Shown here piece after piece: positions 12,482-25,407 of a stretch of 64,000 bases of DNA (the first letter of the stretch is position 1; each line of letters starts with the position of its first letter). Under the pieces are notes generated by a model. The model had not been told where the DNA came from. It did not search any database and saw only the letters and a list, made by a program, of their open reading frames with translations. The position numbers and the translations under genes were made by a program. This DNA comes from Mobula hypostoma (Eukaryota), in contig NC_086097.1 of the NCBI RefSeq assembly GCF_963921235.1, forward strand, positions 169,014,001 to 169,078,000, read 5' to 3'.

Positions 12482-15440
12482 ATGAACCCAGCGGACACGG
12501 ACCCTGTGCAACAGGCCCTCGCCAGCCAGGGCTACTTACTGGGTGCCATGACCAACTGCCCAGGGAGACTACTGTGACCCCACCTGTCTTGGAACCCCTC
12601 GACATGTCCAGAGTCCCCACAGAATACCATGACCTGGGACAGGTATTCAGTAAACAACGGGCTCTTTCCCTGCCTCCGCACCGCCCGTAGGATTGTGCCA
12701 TTGACCTTCTCCCTGGGGCCTCACTACCCACCAGTTGTCTTTATAACCTATCCCGACCGGAGAGAGAGGCCATGGAGAGATACATTAGCGAGTCTCTCGC
12801 AGTGGCAGGCATTGGTAAACCTTCATCCTCCCCGGTAGGTGCCAGTTTCTTTTTTATAGAAAAGAAGGATGGGTTGCTTTGTCCTTGTATTGATTATCAA
12901 GGCCTAAATAATATAACAGTTTGAAAATAAGTACCCACTACCCCTCATTAGTTCATTTGAACCACTGCATGGAGCCACCATCTTCTCGAAGTTAGACCTT
13001 TGTAATGCATACCATCTAGTCAGGATGAGGGAGGGGGACGAGTGGATGACGACCTTTAATACACCTCTAGGCCACTTTGAATACTTGGTCATGCCGTTTG
13101 GCCTCACCAATGCTTCTGCTGTTTTTGAAGCCCTAATCAATGATGTGCTGTTACTAATGAGATGTTACTAATCGCTTCGTATTCGTTTACCTTCATGATA
13201 TCTTGATATTTTCTAGCAGCCCCCAGGAACACATTCACCATGTCTGTCTAGTCCTCCGGAGACGGGAAAACCAGTTTTTTTTTTATTTGTGAAGGTGGAG
13301 AAATGCGAGTTCCACGTTCCTTTGGTCAGCTTCCTGAGCTATATCACTGAGAGCGGGCAGGTGAGAGCAGACCCCGAGAAAATCCGGGCAGTGGAAGAAT
13401 GGCCTAGGCCCACGACCCGCAAGCAACTTCAGCGATTCCTGGGGTTTGCGAACTTCTACCGCTGATTTATCAGAGACTACAGTCGAGTGGCAGCCCCCCT
13501 TACCCGGCTTACCTCGCCTACCACACCTTTTTGTTGGGACTCTGAAGCTGACTCGGCGTTCACTGGCTTGAAGAGGCGTTCTACCACCGCTCCCATCCTT
13601 GTCCATCCGGACCCTTTCCGCCAATTCATTGTTGAGGTGGACGCCTCTGACTCCGGGATAGGAGCAGTCCTGTCTTAACAATCAAGTTCACACGAAAAGC
13701 TTCACCCCTGTGCCTTCTTTTCTCATCGACTGTCCCCTGCCAAGCGGAATTACGACATGGGGAATCAGGAACTACTGACAGTCAAACTAGCATTGGAAGA
13801 ATGGAGGCACTGGCTGGAGGGGGCAGAACACCCGTTTGTTGTGTGGACTGATCATAAGAACCTGGGTTATATTCAGACTGTCAAACGTTTGAACTCTCGC
13901 CAGGCCGGTTGGGCATTATTTTTTGGATGGTTCAAGTTTTCCCTCACATACCATCCAGGGTCCAAGAACGGGAAGCCGGACGCACTCTCCCGCCAATATG
14001 ACTCCAAGTAGGACACTCCAAGCCCAGAGACTATCCTCTCACCATCCTGCGTGATGGCAACCCTCACTTGGGAGATCGAGTCCAAAGTAAAGGAAGCCCA
14101 ACGGGACGACTCTGACCCCACCAATGGACCTGGCATCTGTATGTGCCTGATTCCGTCAGATCCCAGGTTCTCCAGTGGGGGCACACATCTCAGTTCACCT
14201 GCCACCCTTGGAGTGATCGGACCCTGGCTCTCCTGAAAGGACACTTTTGGTGGCCTTCCATGGAGGCGGATACCCGTTCCTATGTCTTGGCATGTTCCAT
14301 CTGTGCCCATGGAAAAGCCTCTCATCGGCTACCTGCGGGGTTACTTCGTCCTCTACCTGCCCCTGGTTGTCCCTGGTTGCAAATCGCCCTAGATTTCATC
14401 ACTGGTCTACCCCCTTCCCGCAGAAGCACCACTGTCCTCACCGTGGTAAACCGGTTCTCCAAGATGGTGTACTTTGTAGCCCTCCCCAAACTCCCCTCTG
14501 CTCAGGAAACTGCAGACCTTCTCGTCCGCCACGTCTTCCGCCTCCACGGAATCCCTATGGACATAGTCTCCAATTGAGGTACGCAGTTTGTCTCGCAGGT
14601 ATGGGAGGCTTTCTGTCAAACCTTAGGTGCATCGGTCAGCCTGTCATCCAGCTTCCACTCCCAGACGAATGAGCAGACGGAACGGGTCAACCAGGATTTG
14701 GAGGCGATGCTACGTTGGGTAACAGCAAACAACCCATCTACCTGGAGCGACCACCTCCCGTGGGTTGAGTACACCCACAACTCTCTGGTGAGTTCTGCCA
14801 TTGGAAGGTCTCCCTTCGAGTGTTCCCTTGGGTACCAACCCCTGCTGTTCCCCGTGCAAGAAGAGGAGATTGTGGTGCCTTCTGTTCAGAACCATATTGA
14901 TCGGTGCCTTAAGGTTTGGGAGGAGACACGCACAGTCCTACTCAGATCAGCAAACCGCAATAAGAAGACTGCCGACCGACACCGGACTCCGGTGCCTAAG
15001 TACCGACCTGGGCAGATAGTGTGGCTTTCATCCAAGGACATCCCACTCTAAAATGAGCCTAGGAAACTCGCCCCTCGCTTCCTGGGACCATTCAAGGTCG
15101 AAAGGGTCATCAATCCCACAGCAATCCGACTTAAACTGTCAAGATCTATGTGCATCCACCCTACCTTTCATGTTTCCCGATTAAAGCCAGTTTCTGTCAG
15201 CCCCTTGTGTCCTCCGACTGAGTCTCCCTCACCTGCCCATATCATCGGCAACCATCCGGCATACACCATCCGACTACTGGATGTGCACCATCGGGGCAGG
15301 GGTTTCCAGTACCTGGTAGACTGATGGGGGGGGTGGGGGTACCTGAGAAGAGCGTTCCTGGGTTCCCTGCCCCTTCATCCTGGACCCTTCCCTCATCCAG
15401 GACTTTCATAAGGACCATCCAGACAAGCCTGGAGGATCGC
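12482..15440 (+). pseudogene. gag-pol remnant: gag N-terminus fused to RT-RNase H-integrase-chromodomain
   Basis: Motifs [90 protein letters not shown] and FQYLVD...SWVP. Multiple stops and frameshifts. Confidence 0.9.
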
Positions 15441-15471
15441 CTGGAGGCTCCTGTTGTGGGGGGGGGGGTAA

Positions 15472-15862
15472 TGTCATGGTCCTGTCTGGCAATTCCCCAC
15501 CTTGCTATTACCTCAGCAATTGGGCCTCAATCCCCTCATCTAATTTCCAATCCTTCCCAGTTCCACTAATTACACACACCTGCCTTCCATCAGTAAATGC
15601 AGGATAAAAACCCTGTAATCACAACAAGGAGCTGCCAGTTCATTGGTCGACTCTAGTGTGAGTAAACCTTGTTTCCTGATTCCTGAGAACTGTCAGTTCT
15701 AAGTTCCGCATCGTTTCCTGGATACTCTACATGAACCTTGTCTCTGTGTAAAGACTGTCCTGGATAGCGGTTCCCCGTTCACGGTGGTGCTAATGCCTAA
15801 TGACTCTGCCTCAGCGCCTGTGTCCTGCACTTGGGTTCATCCCCGGCCACGTCCTTGCAACA
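15472..15862 (+). repeat. 3' LTR (TG...CA, 391 bp)
   Basis: Starts TGTCATGG after the PPT and ends GCAACA. TATA-like GATAAAAA at 15603-15610. Confidence 0.92.
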
Positions 15863-15910
15863 CTCTCTATGTTAATAAAAAACCTTCCTCTGACATTCTG
15901 TCTATACTTT

Positions 15911-17215
15911 CATAGAACATCAAACAATACAGTACAAAATCAAGCCCTTTGGCCCACAATGTTATGCCGAACCAGCTAAAAAGTAAGTCAAAAAAATCCC
16001 AAAAACTAAACCCTCCTACCTACACGATGTCCATGTCCCTCCATCTTCCACATATTCATGTGCCTATCTAAATGTCTCTTAAAGGCCTCCAATATACTTG
16101 CCTCCACTTTCATACCAGGCAGCTCATTCCAGGCATTCACCACTCTCTGAGCAAAAAAACTTACTCCTTGCATTCCCTTTGAATCTACCCCCTCCACCTT
16201 GAATACACGCCTTCTGGCATTGGGCATTTCTATCCCTGGAAAAAGAGACTCACTGTCTACTCTGTCTATGCCTTCCGTAATCTTCTAAACCTCTATCAGA
16301 TCTCCCCTCAGTCTCTGCCACTCCACAGAAAACAACCCAAGTTTGACCAATCTCTCATGATAGTACATGTCCTCTGAACCAGGCAGACTCCTGATAAACC
16401 TCTTTGGCACCCTGTCCAAAGCTTCAACATCCTTCCTAAAGTGGGGCAATCAGAAATGTAGGCAATATTCCAGATGTGGCCAAACCAGTTTATAAAGTTG
16501 CAACATAACCTCTTGACTTTTGAACTCAATGCCTCAACTAATAAAAACATGCATTCCATAAGCCTTCTTAACCACCTTATTGACCAATGTAGGCACTTTC
16601 ATGGAACTATGAACTTGGACCCCAAGATCTCTCTGCTAAGCAACACCATTAAGAAACTTGCCCTTAATAGCGTAATGTTGTAATAGTGTAATTTGCCCTA
16701 CCAAGGGGCAACACTCACATTTATCTGGGTTAAACTCCATCTGCCATTTCTCTGCCCATATCTGCAACTGATCTATATCATGCTGTTTTTTTTGTTTCAG
16801 TTCTTCTACACTCCTCATAGTTCTACCAATCTTGGTACCATCTGCAAACTTATGCATCCATCTACATTTTCATCCAGGTCTTTTATATACATCGCAAACA
16901 GCAGAGGTCCCAGCACAAATCCCTGTGGAATACCACTAATTACAGACCTCCAGCTCAAATATCCCTTTGACCACTACCCTCTGTCTTCTGTGTGCAAGCT
17001 GTTCTGAATCCAAACAGCCAATTCACCACAAAGCCCATCCATCTTAATTTACTGGATTAGTCCATGAGGAACTTGGTCGAACACCTTACTGAAATCCATG
17101 TAGACAACATCCACTGCTCTACCTTCATCATTCTCTCTTGTCACCATGTCAAAAAACTTAATCAAGTTGGCAAGACATGACCTGCCCAACACAAAGCCAA
17201 GTTGGCTCTCATATA
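15911..17215 (-). mobile_element. CR1 LINE 3' portion (RT), decayed
   Basis: ORFs 17049..17249 (DVVYMDFSKVFD), 16636..16857 (KFAD, WQMEFNPDKC) and 16006..16227. Confidence 0.85.
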
Positions 17216-17264
17216 ACCATATAACAATTACAGCACGGAAACAGGCCATCTCGGCCCTTCTAGT

Positions 17265-19590
17265 CTGGTAGGATCCCTTTGGGGATGGTGGAAGTTGCAG
17301 AGAATTACATGTTGGATGCAGAGGCTGATGGAGTGGTAGGCCAAGAGGATCTCAATCACTATTACAGTAATAGGAAGATGGGGTGAGTGCAGATGTGTGG
17401 GAAATGGAAGAGATGTGGGTGAGAGTAGCATCAATAGAAGAGGGAGGAAAACTCTGTTAGAAACATAGAAACCCTACAGCACAATATAGGCCATTCGGCC
17501 CACGATGCTGTGCTGAACATGTACTTACTTTAAAAATTACCTCGGGTTACCCATAGCCCTCTATTTTTCTAAGCTCCACGTACCTATCCAGGAGTCTCTT
17601 AAAAGACCCTATTGTATCTACTTCCACCTTTGTTGCCGACAGCCTATTCCACGCACTCACCACTCTGCATAAAAAAACTTACTCCTGACATCTCCTCTGT
17701 ATCTACTTCCAAACATCTTAAAACTGTGCCCTCCCGTGTTAGCCATTTCAGTGCTGGGAAAAAGCCTCTGCCTATCCACATGATCAATGCCTCTCATCAT
17801 TTTATACACCTCTATCAGGTCACCTCTCATCCTCTGTTGCTCCAAGGAGAAAAGGCCAAATTCACTCAACCTATTCTCATAGGGCATACTCCCCAGTCCA
17901 GGCAACATCCTTGTAAATCTCCTCTGCACCCTTTCTATGGATCCACAAAGCAAGATCCCCTTGGATCCCATGCCTCCTTCCTTTCTCAATAAGCCTTGCA
18001 TGGGTACCTTATCAAATGCCTTGCTGAAATCCATATACACTACATCTACTGCTCTACCTTCATCAATGTGTTTAGTCATATCCTTAAAAAATTCAATCAG
18101 GCTCGTAAGGCATGACCTGCCTTTGACAAAATCATGTTGATTATTCCTAATCATATTATGCCTCTCCAAATATTCATAAATCCTGCCTCTCAGGATCTTC
18201 TCCATCAACTTACCAACCACTGAAGTAAGACTCACTGGTCTATAATTTCCTGGGCTATCTCTACTCCCTTTCTTGAATAAGGGAACAACATCTGCAACCG
18301 TCCATCCTCCAGAACCTGTTCTTTAAAGAAGGAGGATGTCTCTGATGTTCTGGAATGGAAAGCTACATCCTGAGAACAGATGCGGCAGAGGCAAAGAAAC
18401 TGAGAAAAGGGAATAGCATTTTTACAGGAGGTAGGGTGGGGGAAGAGGAATAGTTGAGATAACCGTGGGAATCAGTAGGTTTATAAAAGATGTCAGTTGA
18501 CAAAAAGGTCAAGAAAGGGGAGGGAGGTGTCAGAGATGGACCAAGTGAATTTAAGGGCAGGGTGGAAGTTAGAGGCAAAATTGATAAAATTGATGAGCTC
18601 AGCATGAGTGCATGAAACAATGCCAGTGCAGTGAGGAAGATTTGGGGAGTATAACCTGAGAAAGCTTCGAACATAGACTGTTTTATACAGCCGATGAAGA
18701 GGCAGGCATAGCTAGGGCACATACGACTGCCCATGTCTATCCCTCAAGTTTGGAGAAAGTGTGAGGGGCCGAAGGAAAAATTGTTCAGGGTGAGCACCAG
18801 TTCTGCCAGATGGAGGAGGATGTTGTTGGAAGGGGATTGATTGGCTCTTTTGTCACGAAAGAAGTAGAGTGCTTTGAGGCTTTCCTGATTGGGGACAGGA
18901 GTGTATAGGGACGGATTATCCATGGTGAAGATGAGGTGGTCAGGGCCAGGGAATTGAAAGTTACTGAATAGATTTATGGCATGAGAAGTATTGTGAATGC
19001 AGGTGGGAAGGGACAAAAACAGGCAGAGACGATAGGCTTACCCAGACAGTCCAGTCTGTGAATCTTGGGTAGGACTCAGAAGCAAGCAGTGCAGGGCAAG
19101 GGTACTATGAGCATTAGTGACAGTGGTTGGGAGTTCTCCAAGTGGAAGAGGTCAGTGATAGTATCAGAGATGGTTTTCTGATGGTAGGTAGTGGGGTCCT
19201 CCTCAAGATATGAGGAGGTGTCTCAGAGTTGCCACCTGGCCTCGGCAAGGTAGAGGTCAGTATACCACACTACAGCAACACTCCTTTTGTCTACCATTTT
19301 GATGGTAAAGTTGGGATTGGTGCGGAGAAAGTGGAGGGCAGTTCATTTGGAAGGGGTAAGGTTGAAGAAGGAGAGAGGAGTGTTGAATTCAAGACTGATG
19401 TCTCATCGGCAATTAGAGATGAAAAAATCCAGATCAGACAGTGAATCAGAGGGGGATTTCCAAGCAGCGCGGAAGGGTTGGAGATGGAAGAAGGCGTTAT
19501 CAGCACGAGGCGTGGAATCTTTGTCAAAGAAATGGGCTCGGAGACAGGGGTGACAGAAGAAGAGCTTGACAATGTGGCCAGCGTGTAATG
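17265..19590 (-). mobile_element. Penelope-like element RT region, decayed, split by a CR1 insertion
   Basis: LTLNNFSFGPSHFLQ, MGSRMCPSYACLFIG, TDIFYKPTDSHGYLNY and AYHSISLCIQHVILCNFHHPQRDPT are PLE-type RT and thumb motifs. No GIY-YIG domain is visible in this copy. Confidence 0.8.
17459..18315 (-). mobile_element. 5'-truncated CR1 with an internal deletion, inserted in the PLE
   Basis: Flanked by CTGTT (17454-17458 and 18316-18320). ORF 17657..18235 jumps from early RT (DFSKAFDKV) to the C-terminal ERVQRRF region near 17940. Confidence 0.85.
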
Positions 19591-19757
19591 CTTATGTAGA
19601 AATATTTTGTTGCTGCCTAACTCAGTTGTGTAAATTAGATAGAGTTCTGCAACTCTTTGCTCTAGACATTATTGATTCAAGATAGGAACTGAACACACCA
19701 CCTACAATAGAATAGCAGATCAAAACTGAACTGCAGCAACAAAAAAAATAAGGTACT

Positions 19758-20150
19758 TACACTCAATGGACACTTTATTAGGTATAGGAGGTGGCTAATA
19801 AAGTGGCCACTGACTGTATGTGTTTCTGCTTGCTGTAGCCCATCCACTTCAAGGTTCGACATATTGTGCATTCAGAGATGCTCTTCTGCACATCACTGTT
19901 GCAACGTGTGGTTATTTGAGTTACTCTTGCCTTCCTGTCAGCTTGAAACAGTCTGGCCATTCTCCTTTGATCTCTCTCATTAACAAAACATTTTTTGCCC
20001 ACAGAAGTGGTGCTCACTGGATGTTTTCTTGTTTTCGCACTATTCTCTGTAAACTATAGAGGCTGCTGTGTGTGAAAATCCCAAGAGATTGGCAGTTTCT
20101 GAGATATTCAGACCATCCCGTCTGGCACCAACAATCATTCCATGGTCAAA
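19758..20150 (-). mobile_element. Tc1/mariner non-autonomous remnant with a terminal mini-palindrome
   Basis: ORF 19778..20017 resembles the Tc1 DNA-binding region (ERDQRRMARL...ISECTICRTLKWMGY). Inverted repeat 19758-19781 / 19795-19818 is bounded by TA. Confidence 0.75.
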
Positions 20151-22362
20151 TTAGGGGGGATTTTAGTATGAAAGCGGATTGGGAAAGTCAGGAAGGTACT
20201 GGATCTCAGGAAAGGGAGTTTGTAGAATGCCTACGGGATGGCTTTTTGGAGCAGCTTGTCCATAAACCCACCAGGGATCGGCTGTTTTGGATTGGGTTCT
20301 GTGTAATGAACCTGAGGCGATTAGGGAGCTGGAGGTAATGGAACCCCTTAGAAGTAGTGATCATAATATGATTGAGTTCAGTTTCAAATTTGAAAAGGAG
20401 AAGCTGGTATCAGGTGCATCAATATTTCAGTGGAACAAAGGAAATTACAGTGGTATGAGAGAGAAACTGGCCCAAGTAGATTGGAAAAGTAAGCTAGATG
20501 GAGGGACGGTAGAGCAGAATTGGATAAAATTCCGACAAGAAATAAGGAAAGTGCAGGAAAAATATATTCCAAGAAAAAAGAAAGTCATGAATGGAAATAT
20601 AGCACAAATGTGGCTAACAAGAGAGGTTAAGGCTAAAACAAAAGCAAAAGAGACAGTGTACAAGGAAGCAAAAATTAGTGGGAAAACTGAGGACTGGATG
20701 ACTTTTAAAATCTTACAGAGGAAACTAAGAAATTCATTAGGAATTAAAAGATGAATTATGAAAGGAAGTTGGCAATTAATATTAAAAAGGATACTAAGAG
20801 TTTTTTTAAATATATGAAGAGTTAAAGACTGACACGGGTAGATATAGGACCGATTGAAAATGATGCTGGAGAAATTATAGTGGGAAACAAAGAGATGGCA
20901 GAGGGACTAAATGAGTATTTTGCATCAGTCTTCACAGTGGAAGACATTAGCAACATACCTGATAGCCAGAGGTCTCAGGGAATAGAATTAGGTACAGTCA
21001 AGATTACTAGAGAGAAAGTGATTGGGAAGCTAAATGGACAAAGAATAGATAAGTCTCCCGGACCGGATGAGGTTGTACCCACGAGTTCTAAAAGAGGTGG
21101 CTTTGGAGATTGTGGAGGCATTGGAAATGATCTTCCAGGAATCAATAGACTCTGGCATGGTTCTGGAGGACTGGAAGGTTGTAAATGTAGTTCCGCTGTT
21201 TAGGAAAGGAGGGAAGCAGCAAAAAGAAAATTACAGACCTATTAGTCTGACATCGGTAGTTGGAAAGTTATTGGAGTCGATCCTCAAGGACGAGGTTATG
21301 AAATACCTCGAGGTGCATAACAAGATAAGCCCAAGCCTATCTTAAAGGGAAGATCCTGCCTCACCAATCTATTGGAATTTTTTGAGGTAATCTCTAATAC
21401 GATTGATAAGGGAGAGGCTATGGATGTTGTGTATTAAGATTTTCAAAAGACCTTCGATAAGGTGCCGCATAAGAGGTTGCTTAATAAGATGAGAGCCCAT
21501 GGAATTACTGGAAAGATATTGGAATGGGTGGAGTATTGGCTGATAGGCAGAAAGCAAAGGGCGGGAATAAAGGGATCCTATTTTGATTGGTTGCCGGTTA
21601 CTAGTGGTGTTCCGCAGGGGTCGGTGTTGGGGCCACTTCTTTTTACAATGTATATCAATGATTTAGATTATGGATTAAATGGTTTTGTGGCTAAGTTTGC
21701 GGATGACACCAAGATAGGTGGAGGAGCAGGAAGTGCTGAAGAAATGGAAAGGTTGCAGAGAAACTTGGTCAGTTTAGGAGAGTGGGCAAAGAAATGGCAG
21801 ATGAGATACAATGTTGACAAATGTACGGTTGTAAGTTTTGGAAGAAGAAATAATCAGGGAGATTATTATTTAGATGGGGAGAAAACTCAAAAATCGGAAG
21901 TGCAAAGAGACTTGGGGGTCCTTGTGCAGGACTGGATCGACTAGGCTTATACTCGTTGGAATTTAGAAGATTGAGGGGGGATCTTATTGAAACATATAAA
22001 ATCCTAAAGGGATTGGACAGGCTAGATGCAGGAAGATTGTTCCCGATGTTGGGGAAGTCCAGAACGAGGGGTCACAGTTTGAGGTTAAAGGGGAAGCCTT
22101 TTGGGACTGAGATTAGGAAAAACTTCTTTACACAGAGAGTGGTGAATCTGTGGAATTCTCTGCCACAGGAAACAGTTGAGGCCAGTTCATTGGCTATATT
22201 TAAGAGGGAGTTAGATATGGCCCTTGTGGCTAAAGGGATCAGGGGGTATGGGGGGAAGGCTGGTACCGGGTTCTGAGTTGGATGATCAGCCATGATCATA
22301 CTGTATGGCAGTGCAGGCTCGAAGGGCCGAATGGCCTACTCCTGCACCTATTTTCTATGTTT
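20151..22362 (+). mobile_element. CR1 LINE (EN C-terminus, RT, 3' UTR) with a deletion near 21930
   Basis: [42 protein letters not shown]; tail cctactcctgcacctattttctatgt. Confidence 0.92.
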
Positions 22363-25240
22363 TAACCTGCTCAATTGCTTTGAGTCCTATGGACTTGGAC
22401 CCCAAGATCCCTCTGATCCTCCACACTGCCAAGAGTCTTACCATTAATACTATATTTTGCCATCATATTTGACCTCCCAAAATGAACTACTTCACACTTA
22501 TCTGGGTTGAACTCCATCTGCCACTTCTCAGCCCAGTTTTGCATCCTATCAATGTCCTGCTGTAACCTCCACACTATCTACAACACCTCCAAGCTTTGTG
22601 TCATCAGCAAACTTACTAACCCATCTCTCCACTTCCTCATCCAGGTCATTTATAAAAATCACGAAGAGTAGGGGTCCCAGAACAGATCCCTGAGGTGTTC
22701 CACTGGTCACCGACCTCCATGCTGCTCTTCCTTCATCAATGTGTTTAGTCACATCCTCAAAAAAATTCAATCAGGCTCGTAAGGCACGACCTGCCTTTCA
22801 CAAAGCCATGCTGACTATTCCTAATCATATTATACCTCTCCAAATGTTCATAAATCCTGCCTCTCAGGATCTTCTCCATCAACTTACCAACCACTGAGGC
22901 AAGACTCACTGGTCTATAATTTCCTGGGCTATCTCTACTCCTTTTTTTGAATAAAGGAACAACATCGGCAACCCTTCAATCCTCCAGAATCTCTCCCGTC
23001 CCTATAGATGATGCAAAGATCATCGCCAGAGGCTCAGCAATCTCCTCCCTCGCCTCCCACAGTAGCCTGGGGTACATCTCATCCGGTCCTGGCAACTAAT
23101 CCAACTTGATGCTTTCCAAAAGCTCCAGCACATCCTCTTTCTTAATATCGACATGCACAAGCTTTTCAGTCTGCTGCAAGTCATCACTACAACCACCAAG
23201 ATCCTTTTCCACAGTGAATACTGAAGTAAAGTATTCATTAAGTATTTCTGCTATTTCCTCCAGTTCCATACACGCTTTCCCACTGTCACACTTGATAGGT
23301 CCTATTCTTTCACGTCTTATCCTCTTGCTCTTCACATACTTGTAGAATGCCTTGGGGTTTTCCTTAATCCTCCCGCCAAAGCCTTCTCATGGCCCCTTCT
23401 GGCTCTCCTAATTTCCTTCTTAAGCTCCTTCCTGTTAGCCTTATAATCTTCTAGATCTCTAACATTACCTAGCTCTCTGAACCTTTTGCAAGCTTTTCTT
23501 TTCTTCTTGACTAGATTTATTACAGCCTTTGTACACCACGGTTCCCGTACCCTACCATAACTTCCCTGTCTCATTGGAACGTACCTATGCAGGGCTCCAC
23601 GCAAATATCCCCTGAATATTTGCCACATTTCTTCCGTACTTTTCCCTGAGTACATCTGTTTCCAATTTAAGCCTCCAATTTCCTGCCTGATAGCCTCATA
23701 ATTCCCCTCACTCCAATTAAACGCTTTTCTAACTTGTCTGTTCCTATCTCTCTCCAATACTATTGTAAAGGAGACAGAATTATGATCACTATCTCCAAAA
23801 TGCTCTCCCACTGAGAGATCTGACATCTGACCAAGTTCATTTCCCAATACCAAATCAAGTACAGCCTCTCCTCTTGTTGGCTTATCTACATATTGCGTCA
23901 AGGAACCACCCTGAACACACCTAACAAATTCCACCCCATCTAAACCCCTTGCTCTAGGGAGATGCCAATCGATATTTGGGAAATTAAAATCTCCCATCAC
24001 GACAACTCTGATATTATTACACCTTTCCAGAATCTGGTTTCCTATCTGCTCCTCGATATCCCTGTTACTATTGGGAGGCCTATAAAAAACACCCAGTAAT
24101 TGACCCCTTCTTGTTCCTAACCTCCATCCACAGAGGCTCCATAGACAATCCCTCCATGGTGTCCAACTTTTCTGCAGCTGTGATACTATCTCTGATCAAC
24201 AGTGCCATGCCTTCATCTCTTTTGTCTCCCTCCCTGTCCTTTCGGAAACGTCTAAAACCTGGCACTTGAAGTAACCCTGAGCCATCCAAGTCTCTGTAAT
24301 GGCCACCACATCATATCTCCAAGTACTGATCCATGCTCTAAGCTCATCCGCTTTGTTCACAACACTCCTTGCGTTAAAATAGACACATCTCAAACCTTCG
24401 GTCTGAGCGCGCCCCTTCTCTATCACCGGCCTATCCTCCCTCCCGCACTATCTACAAGCTTCCTGTATTTGTGAGCGAACCTCCTCTTCCCCAGCCTCTT
24501 CAGTTCGGTTCCCACCCCCCAACAATTCTAGTTTAAACTCTCCCCAGTAGCTTTAGCAAACCTCCCCACCAGGATATTGGTCCCCCTGGGATTCAAGTGC
24601 AACCCGTCCTTTTTGTATAGGTCACACCTGCCCCAAAAGAGGTCCCAATGATCCAGAAATCTGAATCCCTGCCCCCTGCTCCAATCCCCCAGCCACGCAT
24701 TTATCCTCCACCTCATTCTATTCCTATTCTCACTGTCGCATGGCACAGGCAATAATCCCGAGATTACTACCTTTGCGGTCCTGCTTCTCAACTTCCTTCC
24801 TAACTCCCTGTAGTCTTTTTCAGGACCTCTTCCCTTTTTCTACCTATGTCATTGGTACCAATACGTACCACAACCTCCGGCTGTTCTCCCTCCCACTGCA
24901 GGATATCTTGGAAATGATCTGAAACATCCCAGACCCTGGCACCTGGGAGGCAAACTACCATCCAAGTTTCTTTCCTGCGTCCACGGAATCACCTGTCTGA
25001 CCCCCTAACTATACAGTCCCCTATCACTGCTGCCATCCTCTTCCTTTCCCTACCTTTCTGAGCCACAGGGCCAGACTCTGTGCCAGAGGCACAGCCACTG
25101 TCACTTCCCCAGGTAGGCTGTTCCCCCCAGCAGTACTTAAACACGAGCACTTATTGTCAAGGGGTACAGCCACAGGGATACTCTCTAGTACCTGACTCTT
25201 CCTCTTCTCCTTCTTGACTGTGACCCACTTGTCTGTCTGC
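22363..25240 (-). mobile_element. CR1 LINE with ORF1 SGNH-esterase, EN and partial RT; 3' end missing
   Basis: ORF1 VVISGLLPVP...DGLHLN (24528..24791); [38 protein letters not shown]. Internal deletion near 22720. Confidence 0.92.
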
Positions 25241-25407
25241 TGGTTAGGGGGTTAAGTCAGGGGTTAAGTCAGGGATTACTGGGTGGCGTGGCTTGAAGGA
25301 CTGGAAGGGCCCTATTCCATGTTGTATCTCAATAAATAAATAAAATTAGCAAAACTTCTAAATACATCCTTAGTTTATGTGTTTGTTTTTTAAATTTAAC
25401 TCCAGTG

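Larger units (their letters stand above)
12277..15862 (+). mobile_element. Ty3/Gypsy chromovirus (Tf1/sushi group) LTR retrotransposon, internally deleted and decayed
   Basis: Matching LTR segments 12277-12464 and 15675-15862. Gag start MNPAD; RT, RNase H, integrase, GPF and chromodomain remnants; G-rich PPT at 15458-15468. Confidence 0.95.

Noticed and set aside
12482..15440. PEG10/RTL-like domesticated sushi gene
   Set aside because: Retains LTRs and PPT, has many stops and frameshifts, and gag is mostly deleted.
25243..25275. Interstitial telomeric repeat
   Set aside because: Only one TTAGGG; the rest is a two-copy 12-bp duplication (ggggttaagtca) in a SINE-like tail.
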